From: an uncultured virus (IMG/VR IMGVR_UViG_3300011587_000017) | Lineage: Duplodnaviria > Heunggongvirae > Uroviricota > Caudoviricetes | DNA: 34,042 nucleotides | IMG/VR virus record: IMGVR_UViG_3300011587_000017 | Coordinates: 62,001 to 96,042 of that record | Reading direction: 5' to 3' (one strand) | Shown: positions 1 through 7,463 of the stretch, one piece after another | Layout of the letters: the number at the start of each line of letters is the position of its first letter | Numbering within the stretch: the first letter of the stretch is position 1 | The notes under the pieces: generated by a model | The model's input: only the letters and a program-made list of their open reading frames with translations | The model's database searches: none | What the model was told of the DNA's origin: nothing | Made by a program: the position numbers and the translations under genes

Positions 1-1451
1 CCATATGCTGAGCTGATGGCGGAAAGGGTCGTGACGCCCATTTCTTTGAGAACTTGGTACGCACGGGCAGTTTTGAACTCATCTGCCTGTGGACGGGCTG
101 GTCCGCTCCAATTCGCGGTGCAAGCGGCATCTTTGTTTTCGAGAAACTTATCGATACCACCGGGGAATTCGAGTTTCCCCGTCATTACCATTTCCTCTAG
201 CCAAGCCTCATAAACAGCCTGACAGAAAGGAATAATGATGTTGTTGCGACGGCGCATGACAGTTAGCCATTCATTGGCACCCGCCATGCGAACTGAAGAG
301 TATGTCGCGCCGCGATAGTCGCCGGTGAGCGATTCATAGGAAATGTTGAAGCCAGCAGCGATTTCTCGCAGTAGCCATCCCATAAACGAGTCGTATTGCT
401 GCCCAGGCTGCTTTGCTTCAGTGAATTGAAGCTCGTCATTCGGGAAAAGATGAGCGATGCGGCCGTGTTGCGTAAGGTCGATCTGCGAACCGTCGTACCA
501 TTCACCTCGAGCGGCGCCAAAATCTCTGATGTCAAAATCAGTGCTCTTCTGAGCGTCTCGATCCGTAAACAAGCCATCAAAAGCCGCGATACCTTTGATA
601 TCGGTCTTTAGCGTTGCGGCAAAAATTGTCTGGATTAACGCGCTTGTGAGCGTAGCATCGGCATATTGATCGACCTGACGAGTCACTTTCAGGACATTCG
701 CGATAGGAGATATACCGCGAGTAGTACTGATAGCCGGATCGAAATAGTGAAGTACATTTCGCCGACCGTCTCCGTCGCAAGCTTGGATTTCAACAGCATC
801 TTCCGTCCCAACGCCCGCAGGCTTGCGACGAATGAGATAAGATTGCGGACAACCCCAGCCATCGACTTTGACGCCTTGATAAAGGCCGCCCTCCATATCA
901 TTACGGTTTTCGAGACGAGACGGAGGCAGCAAGGCTACCTTCGTCATGGTTTTTGTATGCGGACGATCAATAAGAGGCAGAAGCCCAAGGATCTCCCCAT
1001 AGGCGAGATATGAGGCGTACGCCGCTTGCTGCTGCATGTAGAAGTTCATGCGTCCACCCGCGTCGCATTCACGCGGATTGATCGCCCAGAGATAGAACTT
1101 GGAACCGACCTTACGGCTCCATTTATTCGCCTGCTTTGCCGTCCAACCGAGAGTCACAGCATCCGGCCGGGGCGCCAGCTTGAGACCATCCCCGACAACA
1201 CCGCCTGTACTGACTGCAACACCATTCCCGATGAAACCGGAATTCTGGATACTATCGATCGCGCGGGCAGCGGCCTTTTCCCACGAGTTTTGGATGTCGA
1301 CGTAGCCTTCACGCAACGCCGGCCGCCATGAAAACATGAGCGGATTTTTCTCACCCTTGAAGTAAGCCGCCTGTGGCTGCGGATATGGCAGCGGCGCGCG
1401 CGATACAGCGGGCACGCGGTATCGCGGCTTCTCAATGCTTGCTTCAGCCAT
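1..1451 (-). CDS. Phage portal protein, lambda family (3' end runs off the window)
   Basis: Absent from the ORF track, presumably because the frame has no stop inside the window. Manual translation from ATG 1451 down to ~600 is open: MAEASIEKPRYRVPAV...KAAARAIDSIQNSGFIGNGV...VVGDGLKLAPRPDAVTLGW...ECDAGGRMNF...RGISPIANVLK...YADATLTSALIQTIFAA, typical of lambda gpB-like portals. Starts just after the TerL stop. Confidence 0.9.
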   Translation of the reverse strand, partial: MAEASIEKPRYRVPAVSRAPLPYPQPQAAYFKGEKNPLMFSWRPALREGYVDIQNSWEKAAARAIDSIQNSGFIGNGVAVSTGGVVGDGLKLAPRPDAVTLGWTAKQANKWSRKVGSKFYLWAINPRECDAGGRMNFYMQQQAAYASYLAYGEILGLLPLIDRPHTKTMTKVALLPPSRLENRNDMEGGLYQGVKVDGWGCPQSYLIRRKPAGVGTEDAVEIQACDGDGRRNVLHYFDPAISTTRGISPIANVLKVTRQVDQYADATLTSALIQTIFAATLKTDIKGIAAFDGLFTDRDAQKSTDFDIRDFGAARGEWYDGSQIDLTQHGRIAHLFPNDELQFTEAKQPGQQYDSFMGWLLREIAAGFNISYESLTGDYRGATYSSVRMAGANEWLTVMRRRNNIIIPFCQAVYEAWLEEMVMTGKLEFPGGIDKFLENKDAACTANWSGPARPQADEFKTARAYQVLKEMGVTTLSAISSAY

Positions 1452-1457
1452 GAACAC

Positions 1458-3311
1458 CTACCCATGAAGTCTTTTGGAGAGCTCACGCAGGCTCGGACGG
1501 GCCGATGCATTGCTGCCTTTGAGCTGTTCGTATCGTTTTTCGTACTCGAAACGGCAAAGGTTCTTGGCGGCCAAGGCATAGACAGTGCAGTCTAATGCTT
1601 CAGCACGCTTCTTTCCGATGCGTTCGAACGAGATGACCGGTCGGCCTTTGACGTACTTGATCTCGCGTCGCTCCGACGTGAACTGGTCAAACCATTCAGG
1701 CTGGAGCGTATTCGAGTACCGAAACGACTGCTGATCGCCCTTTTCCAAGGGCAAATTGACCAAAATGTCGGTTTTTACGGTATCAACACCCACGATATAG
1801 AGAGTGGCAGTACGGTTTCGCCGTTTGTTGCGGCTTGCCCGAAGAACCGGATGTGGTCCGGCCTGACCTTTAATGGCGACGATGCGTCGTGCCATCGTGT
1901 ATTCGCAAAAGTCATAGACGCGTTGCGTCATATTACCGTCGCCGGAGTCGACGCATGCCGCTTCGACACCAATTTCACCGCCGAGCGGATGCTTCCATCT
2001 CGTGGAAAGCAGTGCATCGAGCTCGTCCCAAGTCGATTGCAGTGTAGCGTTACCGCGAATGACGTAGTGGCCAAGAATGTAGCGATTATCTGGGCTATGC
2101 CCGATGAAAACCACTTCCAGACGGTCAGGCTGAACGTCGACGCCGGCTGTGATGTACGCAACCGCTTCGGGTATATCTTCCCGCCACTGGTTTGCCTCGT
2201 GATCCCAATCAAGGCCGAAGTCCTCAAGTCGGGTCAGAAGTTCGTTTGCGCTGACATAGTTGATCGCGGTGGACCAAACACGGCCGAGCACGGTGTTGTA
2301 AAACACCTGCATATCCGAAGGACCATTTTTGACGGCCTTTTCGTATTCTTCGGCCAGTTTTGCCCATGACGCGTTCGCAAACTGCGAAACCAGCGCATTT
2401 AGACGGAAGCCAGCATGGTTTTTGACTTCCGGCCGCATAGCCCGCCATTCACCATCCTCGACCATTTGCGGCTTGTACCGCTCCTCGATCTCGGAACCGC
2501 AGTGCGGGCAGATGCAGACGGCCTTTTCGGGCTCCCCTCGTGGCCAATCGATGTGCTGCCAGAGCATTTCGAATGGCGTATCGCAGTGGATACAGGGCAC
2601 TTCAAAGATTCGCTGATCAGACTCGTCGTACCTTTTGAGGACGATAGATTTCGCTTCGTCAGTAGGCGTAGAGCCAATTACGATCTTGCGATCAGCGAAA
2701 GACGTGGTGCGCTTTTCCGCCAGCTTGATTGGATCACCTTCATTGGTGATTTCCATGCCGTCGACCTCATCCGCCAGCAGCACTTTGGCTGTGTGACGGC
2801 GAAGGTTACGCGGAGCGCGCGCCGATAGGATTTTCAGCGATCCACCACCTTGCATGGAGCGCTGAGTAAGTGTGTTACGGCCGTCGAACCGACCAATTCG
2901 CATCACCTCTCGGAGCGCTGGGCTCTCACGGAAAGCGGGATCGATTTCGTCAACAGCGATACCGCGGGCGTCGTCGTCCGTCGGCATAAGAAGAATGATC
3001 GGGCACGGGTCATTAACCGCGATGGCGCCGATTGCAGCAACCAAACCGACGGTGTAGCCGGTTCGGGCAGATTTGATCACGGAAACCCGCTCAATTGTCG
3101 GGTCACCAATCGCGTCGAGAATGCCTCTCTGGTACTTCCATGGGCGAAAACGACCAGGCGCCGAAGACGACGCCTTACTTAATCGGAAATTTTCAGCAGC
3201 CCATTGCGAGTACGATAGCTTATCTGGCGGGCGCAAAGCCTTCGCCAAGCCACGTGCAAGCACGTGGACTGCGTTACTTGCCACTTTTGAAAGACCTCTT
3301 GTCGCCGGCAA
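1458..3311 (-). CDS. terL: Terminase large subunit, lambda GpA family
   Basis: Deviant Walker A KSARTGYT, Walker B LLADEVD, GSTPT motif, CxxC pairs, nuclease motifs TAGVDVQ / VDSGDG / EALDC. True start may be GTG 3284. Confidence 0.95.
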   Translation of the reverse strand: MPATRGLSKVASNAVHVLARGLAKALRPPDKLSYSQWAAENFRLSKASSSAPGRFRPWKYQRGILDAIGDPTIERVSVIKSARTGYTVGLVAAIGAIAVNDPCPIILLMPTDDDARGIAVDEIDPAFRESPALREVMRIGRFDGRNTLTQRSMQGGGSLKILSARAPRNLRRHTAKVLLADEVDGMEITNEGDPIKLAEKRTTSFADRKIVIGSTPTDEAKSIVLKRYDESDQRIFEVPCIHCDTPFEMLWQHIDWPRGEPEKAVCICPHCGSEIEERYKPQMVEDGEWRAMRPEVKNHAGFRLNALVSQFANASWAKLAEEYEKAVKNGPSDMQVFYNTVLGRVWSTAINYVSANELLTRLEDFGLDWDHEANQWREDIPEAVAYITAGVDVQPDRLEVVFIGHSPDNRYILGHYVIRGNATLQSTWDELDALLSTRWKHPLGGEIGVEAACVDSGDGNMTQRVYDFCEYTMARRIVAIKGQAGPHPVLRASRNKRRNRTATLYIVGVDTVKTDILVNLPLEKGDQQSFRYSNTLQPEWFDQFTSERREIKYVKGRPVISFERIGKKRAEALDCTVYALAAKNLCRFEYEKRYEQLKGSNASARPSLRELSKRLHG

Positions 3312-3810
3312 TCACGCTCGCTTCGACTTCATCAGAGAGGTCGAGCAGCATGTCGCGAACCATATCGCGCAGGACTTCGCCATCGTGGGCGGTGAGATGG
3401 GGGATGCTGGTGCGCGCCTTGCTAGGCATCGTCAAAAGCATTCCTTTGATCACGCCTGCGAAAGCGGACCAGCTTGCTGAAACCTCATCAAGCGTTAGAA
3501 TTTCGCCTTTGAGCTGGGCAAGCTTGATGGCTTTGATCTCTTTATCGATCCGAGTTTCTTCAGCTCGTTCGTCTGCGAGATTGTTGCCGCCTTTTGTAGC
3601 CCTACCCGCTGCCTGCTCACGCAAGCGGCTGAGGTAGTTCTGAATGGACGGGAGCGTTTCGTACCGCCCTCTTCCTGCAGCTGGCACAAGGACGCCGGTG
3701 ACCTCCAGATCCCGGATAGATCGGATAGATATCCCTAGAAGGGTCGAAAGGTCAGCCTTGCTGCAAGTTTCGGGAATCCATACGCCGCCGACACTTGCTG
3801 CCTTAGCCAT
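3274..3810 (-). CDS. terS: Terminase small subunit, Nu1-like
   Basis: N-terminal wHTH (KADLSTLLGISIRSIRDL...GRGRYE) followed by a coiled coil; overlaps the terL start. Start moved to ATG 3810. Confidence 0.85.
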   Translation of the reverse strand: MAKAASVGGVWIPETCSKADLSTLLGISIRSIRDLEVTGVLVPAAGRGRYETLPSIQNYLSRLREQAAGRATKGGNNLADERAEETRIDKEIKAIKLAQLKGEILTLDEVSASWSAFAGVIKGMLLTMPSKARTSIPHLTAHDGEVLRDMVRDMLLDLSDEVEASVIAGDKRSFKSGK

Positions 3811-3818
3811 GACACATC

Positions 3819-4370
3819 CTAAATTCCGAGAGATAAGGTGACGTGGCGCGTCACTCGCTTTTCGAGATCCAGCGCAGCGAAGGATTCCGCTTGCGCAACG
3901 TTCGGTCGTGAGGGCTTCGCAAGTTCGTTTGCGAGCACAGCCATGTGGAGCTTCTTGAGGGGCTTCCGCTTCTTTGTTGTCCGGACGTAAACGTCGCTTC
4001 CGATCATGAAGGACTTGCGGAAGATCCTGCGGACGTTCCAGCCCGTTGCCTCTGTGCCTGGCATCGAGCGGTTCCACGACGGTCGACCGTAACGGCCGAG
4101 CGAAATAGCCTCATCCGCGGTGCGAACGGTTGCAGTCAGATTCATCGAGGACGCGCGGATGACCTTAGTTTTGGTATTAATCCGGCTTTTCGGAACGCCA
4201 GTTGTGGCAGCGATCCGGGTAACCGACTGACGTTTTTGCTCATCAGCGTGCTCGGAAACACCTCGCGCCATCGCAGAACGAAGCTCAGGGGACTGAATAG
4301 TCCTGATCATCTTATCGAATGCGCTCGAGCCATTGTATTTGACGTCAAGACGGTAATGAGGACCTGCCAT
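3819..4370 (-). CDS. gpZ-like minor tail / tail-completion protein
   Basis: 183-aa basic protein (AMARGV...RIAATTGVPKSRI...FRKSFMI...VYVRTTKKRKPLKKL) resembling the lambda gpZ family; in the late operon. Confidence 0.6.
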   Translation of the reverse strand: MAGPHYRLDVKYNGSSAFDKMIRTIQSPELRSAMARGVSEHADEQKRQSVTRIAATTGVPKSRINTKTKVIRASSMNLTATVRTADEAISLGRYGRPSWNRSMPGTEATGWNVRRIFRKSFMIGSDVYVRTTKKRKPLKKLHMAVLANELAKPSRPNVAQAESFAALDLEKRVTRHVTLSLGI

Positions 4371-4405
4371 CGTTGATGCGTCCCTAAATCAATGATACTT
4401 GGATA

Positions 4406-4426
4406 CGCACCGCCACAAACATCAAA
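4406..4426 (-). promoter_or_regulatory. Candidate late promoter/activator site, copy 1 (TTTRATGTTTGTGGCRGYRCG)
   Basis: 17/21 identical to 6053-6073. Upstream of gpZ-terS-terL-portal, with a TATCAT -10-like hexamer downstream. Confidence 0.5.
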
Positions 4427-4435
4427 GAAACTTCG

Positions 4436-4633
4436 ATGTCGCCACAAGATTTCCAAGCTTGGATTGATGAAATGAAAGCCGCCGCCCTTGCGCGCTCTGA
4501 TGCAGAGTGCGCGAGGCTGCTAGACATCTCTGCAAATGCCCTCATCGCTATTAAAAAGCGCGGCGGAGACCGTAGAACGGCTCTGGCCTGTCGGGCGCTT
4601 TTGCATCGGATGGAGCCATATGGCGGCGGCTAA
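4436..4633 (+). CDS. Small HTH DNA-binding protein
   Basis: 65 aa, SDAECARLLDISANAL HTH-like segment; opposite strand to the late operon. Confidence 0.65.
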   Translation: MSPQDFQAWIDEMKAAALARSDAECARLLDISANALIAIKKRGGDRRTALACRALLHRMEPYGGG

Positions 4634-4636
4634 GGC

Positions 4637-4879
4637 TCAAACTACGCCATTGCTGGCGGTGAGCCTGCCTTCCGCAATCTGTTTAAGACGGCGGGAGACC
4701 TCGCGGGGGCCGTTTGGAGTGTACCGGCGACGGCCGCCAGTTCGAACTCGCCTGCTTACGCCACGCGAACCTTTACGGGGCAAAGTGGACCAGAAGGGCT
4801 GCAACGGGACCAAAAAGCCTGCGATGCTGGAAAATGCAGATAGCATGACGCTCGCCATTGGTTTGAAACCAAAACGCAT
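4637..4879 (-). CDS. Hypothetical phage protein
   Basis: SD GGAG before ATG 4879; basic C-terminus PNGPREVSRRLKQIAEGRLTASNG. Confidence 0.6.
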   Translation of the reverse strand: MRFGFKPMASVMLSAFSSIAGFLVPLQPFWSTLPRKGSRGVSRRVRTGGRRRYTPNGPREVSRRLKQIAEGRLTASNGVV

Positions 4880-4926
4880 AATTCTCTCCAAATTTTAAGG
4901 TTGATGCCGGGATTACCCGCTTAACA

Positions 4927-5058
4927 CCGTTATATGAGCCTGCTTCGCAGCAGACAGGGGCGGCGGCGTTGCTTCTTCAGCGCGAACGTAGTCTTGGTCC
5001 TAGCTCCCGGCCGGCCAAGTCGGAAATTTCCCGCCCCTCGTGCACATCCGCCACGGCG
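4927..5058 (-). ncRNA. Putative structured ncRNA C, directly 3' of tRNA-fMet
   Basis: On the minus strand an AGGGGCGG/CCGCCCCT 8-bp stem encloses two hairpins, followed by a GTCTGCT-GCGA-AGCAGGC GNRA hairpin, with outer GCCGT/ACGGT closure. No credible ORF. Confidence 0.5.
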
Positions 5059-5062
5059 GATT

Positions 5063-5138
5063 TGGTTGCAGCGACCGGACTCGAACCGGTGATTTCCAGG
5101 GTATGAACCTAGCGGGATGACCACTTCCCTACGCTGCT
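5063..5138 (-). tRNA. tRNA-Met(CAT), initiator (fMet)-like
   Basis: Cloverleaf AGCAGCG...CTAGG-TTCATAC-CCTGG...GGTTCGAGTCC...CGCTGCA-ACCA; 1:72 mismatch; CCA encoded. Confidence 0.9.
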
Positions 5139-5150
5139 AAACTCTTGTGA

Positions 5151-5378
5151 TTAAATGTTTCCCGGCGCGTACTGGCGTGGGTTATTGGGATCGATCTTAC
5201 GCGGCATTGGCTCGCCAATCGGGAACAGACCGACCTGACCAAACCATGCAAAGCACCAGCTTACGGTTTCAAAACGAGCCGCACGTTCTTCATCTGGCGT
5301 CATAGCTGGGAAACCTTCGGCATCACATGGGCCGATAACCTTGCCGATGTATGGAAGGATGGTTCCAAAGATGCGCAT
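5151..5378 (-). CDS. Hypothetical protein within the tRNA cluster
   Basis: 75 aa; SD GGGAG upstream of the ATG. Confidence 0.6.
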   Translation of the reverse strand: MRIFGTILPYIGKVIGPCDAEGFPAMTPDEERAARFETVSWCFAWFGQVGLFPIGEPMPRKIDPNNPRQYAPGNI

Positions 5379-5390
5379 TGAGATCTCCCT

Positions 5391-5446
5391 AAAAAGAAAA
5401 CCTCGCCCGATGGCGGGGCTAAAAGACCGGATTATCCGGTTTTTTG
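5391..5446 (-). terminator. Tandem intrinsic terminator-like hairpins after tRNA-Gly
   Basis: Minus strand: ACCGGA-TAA-TCCGGT-CTTTT, then GCCCCGCC-ATCG-GGCGAGGT-TTTCTTTTT. Confidence 0.6.
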
Positions 5447-5450
5447 AAAC

Positions 5451-5524
5451 TGGAGCGGATAGCCGGGATCGAACCGGCGCAGACTGAGTGGAAATCAGGA
5501 ATGCAACCTCTACATCATACCCGC
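5451..5524 (-). tRNA. tRNA-Gly(TCC)
   Basis: GCGGGTA...CCTGA-TTTCCAC-TCAGT...GCCGG-TTCGATC-CCGGC-TATCCGC-TCCA; U73 discriminator; 74 nt. Confidence 0.9.
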
Positions 5525-5529
5525 TTAGT

Positions 5530-5685
5530 TCAGAACGGGCCGGACGCTACACCGGCTGCACTTAGGATCAAGGGCTTAGTTAACGTCTCTTATCCAGACT
5601 GTCTCTAGACATTGCCGTGTTCAGCAACCCGATGAACCTTGATCCCCATCGATTAGCGTGTCTGCTTTCCACGCCGCCGATCTGA
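5530..5685 (-). ncRNA. Putative tRNA-like ncRNA B (acceptor-, D- and T-like arms; anticodon arm replaced by a branched domain)
   Basis: TCAGATCGG/CCGTTCTGA closing stem, GGCGTG-GAAAGCAGA-CACGCT arm, GGGATCAAGG/CCTTGATCCT stem with internal hairpins, GCCGG-TGTAGCGT-CCGGC arm. Fills the Thr-Gly spacer. Confidence 0.65.
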
Positions 5686-5686
5686 T

Positions 5687-5762
5687 TGGTGCCGACAGCA
5701 GGAATTGAACCCGCACCCCCCGGTTTACAAAACCATTGCTCTACCAATTGAGCTATGTCGGC
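5687..5762 (-). tRNA. tRNA-Thr(TGT)
   Basis: GCCGACA-TA-GCTC-AATTGGTA-GAGC...ATGGT-TTTGTAA-ACCGG...GGTTCAATTCC...TGTCGGC-ACCA. Confidence 0.92.
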
Positions 5763-5769
5763 GTGAAAC

Positions 5770-6032
5770 TTCGGCTTCAGCAAAGGCATCCTGTGCCACC
5801 GGCTTGCGCCGTCATCCACCTGTCAGCGTAACTTTCCGCCGTGTCATCACGGGCCGTGCCGTGCCACCTACTAACGCTCTCCACCTCCAGCCTTACCTTC
5901 GGTTTCAACGAGACGCCTTCGCTCAGGATCTTTCAGGGACCACGTATGCGCCGGACACATCTTCTTTGGTATTCTGGCGGAGGTGCCCGCTATCCCTAAT
6001 TGACGAACACCCATGGGTTTTGCGGGCCGATT
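5770..6032 (-). ncRNA. Putative multibranched ncRNA A, 5' of tRNA-Thr
   Basis: Minus-strand helices GCCCGC/GCGGGC, CACCTCC/GGAGGTG, CCGTG-ATGA-CACGG, GGC-GCAA-GCC, ACC-GAAG-GT and an outer TCGGC/GCCGA. No credible ORF. Confidence 0.45.
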
Positions 6033-6052
6033 GACGTCTTTTCAGCGCGTCC

Positions 6053-6073
6053 CGTGCTGCCACAAACATTAAA
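6053..6073 (-). promoter_or_regulatory. Candidate late promoter/activator site, copy 2
   Basis: CGTGCTGCCACAAACATTAAA versus CGCACCGCCACAAACATCAAA at 4406; upstream of the ncRNA/tRNA cluster. Confidence 0.5.
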
Positions 6074-6149
6074 TTTCAATCATTTAACAGATGTTCCTCA
6101 ACCCCAAAGGGAGGAACCCCCTTTAAAAAAATAACTTCGCCGATTATTT

Positions 6150-6192
6150 GGGGTGCTGCGCCCCGCAGGCCATGCAAGACATATACGGTCCC
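6150..6192 (-). other. Putative cos site (cosQ-like GGGACCG plus cosN-like GGGCGCAGCACCC)
   Basis: Minus strand reads GGGACCG-N22-GGGCGCAGCACC, against lambda GGGTCCT-N23-GGGCGGCGACCT. Dyad GGGGTGC-T-GCGCCCC at 6150-6164. Oriented towards terS, and a GpA-type terminase is present. Confidence 0.65.
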
Positions 6193-6715
6193 TAAAGCTT
6201 TCTCGATGCATCGCATTTGCCGCAGCGCAGGCCATGGGTGCGCATTTGTATGTCATCATGTGGGCATACCCCACTCACAACAGACGCCTCTCTATGGGCT
6301 TCTATGTGGCTTTACATGGGACGGCTTCTAGCCTGGCTGTCATGCTACGCATCACCTCATCTATTGCCCCCTCATACCATGGGCCATGGCTTAGACTGGC
6401 ATGGCTTGCAAGTGTGGGTGCACAGGTAGCGGCAAGGCGTGCTTAGTGCTGATCGGTAAAGCGTATGGTCTAAGCCTTTGGGCCTTGCATTGGCTTGCTT
6501 ATGCTGCAGTGCGCATATGTCCCCATGCTATCGGTATGAACGGACATATACGCGGGGAGTGCTCACTCTGGCAACTAACATCATGAGTCGCGATTTAGTG
6601 TTAGGTAACATGGGGTTGACATTATGGGCCTATTGTTACCCCCTGCAGGCCCTACCCTAGACCGCAACTATTTAGCTGTTTTTGTGCTTTTTTTCGTATT
6701 ACCTGCATTTTGTGC

Positions 6716-6744
6716 TTGCATCATACGTAACTATAGATTACCTT
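6716..6744 (+). promoter_or_regulatory. Early promoter with embedded repressor operator
   Basis: TTGCAT-N17-TACCTT containing GTAA-CTATAGA-TTAC (6727-6741); same layout as the promoters at 23452 and 25273. Confidence 0.75.
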
Positions 6745-6869
6745 TAGATCATGGAAAGCGAAACGAAGCGCTAACCACCGACCGCAAGGAAAACAGGCAG
6801 AGGGCATGGTCTCTAGACCACGGCTGAACAGGCAAGCCCATAACGCCACGACCGAAAAGGCAAACTGAA

Positions 6870-7058
6870 ATGCTCAAGTGCATCAAGTTCCAGAATTATG
6901 ACCATGCCGCTGAAATGATGGGCTTTGCCATTGAAGATGGTCATGCCACAGCTTGGAATGTGAATGATAATGGCTTGGTTCGCTATCTCTGTGCAAAGTC
7001 TGGCTTCTGGCTTGATCTCACCAAGGGCACGTTCGCCGCATGGCAGTATGCGTATTGA
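6870..7058 (+). CDS. Small early hypothetical protein
   Basis: 62 aa; preceded by the start-associated motif. Confidence 0.7.
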   Translation: MLKCIKFQNYDHAAEMMGFAIEDGHATAWNVNDNGLVRYLCAKSGFWLDLTKGTFAAWQYAY

Positions 7059-7070
7059 AAGGTAACCAAC

Positions 7071-7205
7071 ATGAGCAAAACGAAAGGCCAACTTGATTAT
7101 GAGAACGCAGTGGCAAAGCGCCCCTTTTACGAGGACGGCACGCCGCGCAAGACGTGGGACGAGTTGCCAGACTATGCCAAATGGTCATGGGAAAGTCGTG
7201 CTTAA
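7071..7205 (+). CDS. Small early hypothetical protein (44 aa)
   Basis: Manual translation MSKTKGQLDYENAVAKRPFYEDGTPRKTWDELPDYAKWSWESRA; SD GAAAGGT. Confidence 0.7.
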   Translation: MSKTKGQLDYENAVAKRPFYEDGTPRKTWDELPDYAKWSWESRA

Positions 7206-7270
7206 GCCTTTTGGTTACCCGCTCACGGGCGGGCTTCCTGAATGCTTAACCAAGGGAAAGGGGTTTTACT

Positions 7271-7408
7271 ATGAAACACGCAAACGATAACAGCCGCCGC
7301 AACCGTGTCGTTACCATGGGCAACATGGGCCGCGTTCGCCGCGATGACCGCCGCCAGGCTATAGCAGCCAAGGCCGCGTATCTAAACGACGCCCTACGGG
7401 GCGCATGA
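7271..7408 (+). CDS. Small basic early protein (45 aa)
   Basis: Manual translation MKHANDNSRRNRVVTMGNMGRVRRDDRRQAIAAKAAYLNDALRGA; purine-rich SD. Confidence 0.6.
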   Translation: MKHANDNSRRNRVVTMGNMGRVRRDDRRQAIAAKAAYLNDALRGA

Positions 7409-7463
7409 CTAGAAACTGACTTTCTACCGGCGCTAGACGCCACGACCGCAAGGACAACCGAAA

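Noticed and set aside
16..1579. Short ORFs listed over 1-1450
   Set aside because: Shadow ORFs of the unlisted minus-strand portal gene.
5530..5685. tmRNA or intron-containing tRNA
   Set aside because: Too short for tmRNA, no GGGG/TCCACCA ends or tag ORF, non-canonical T-loop, and no anticodon can be restored by removing an intron.
6153..6827. Overlapping 60-97 aa ORFs in the cos-adjacent tract
   Set aside because: No SD and odd composition; they arise from the ATG-rich sequence.
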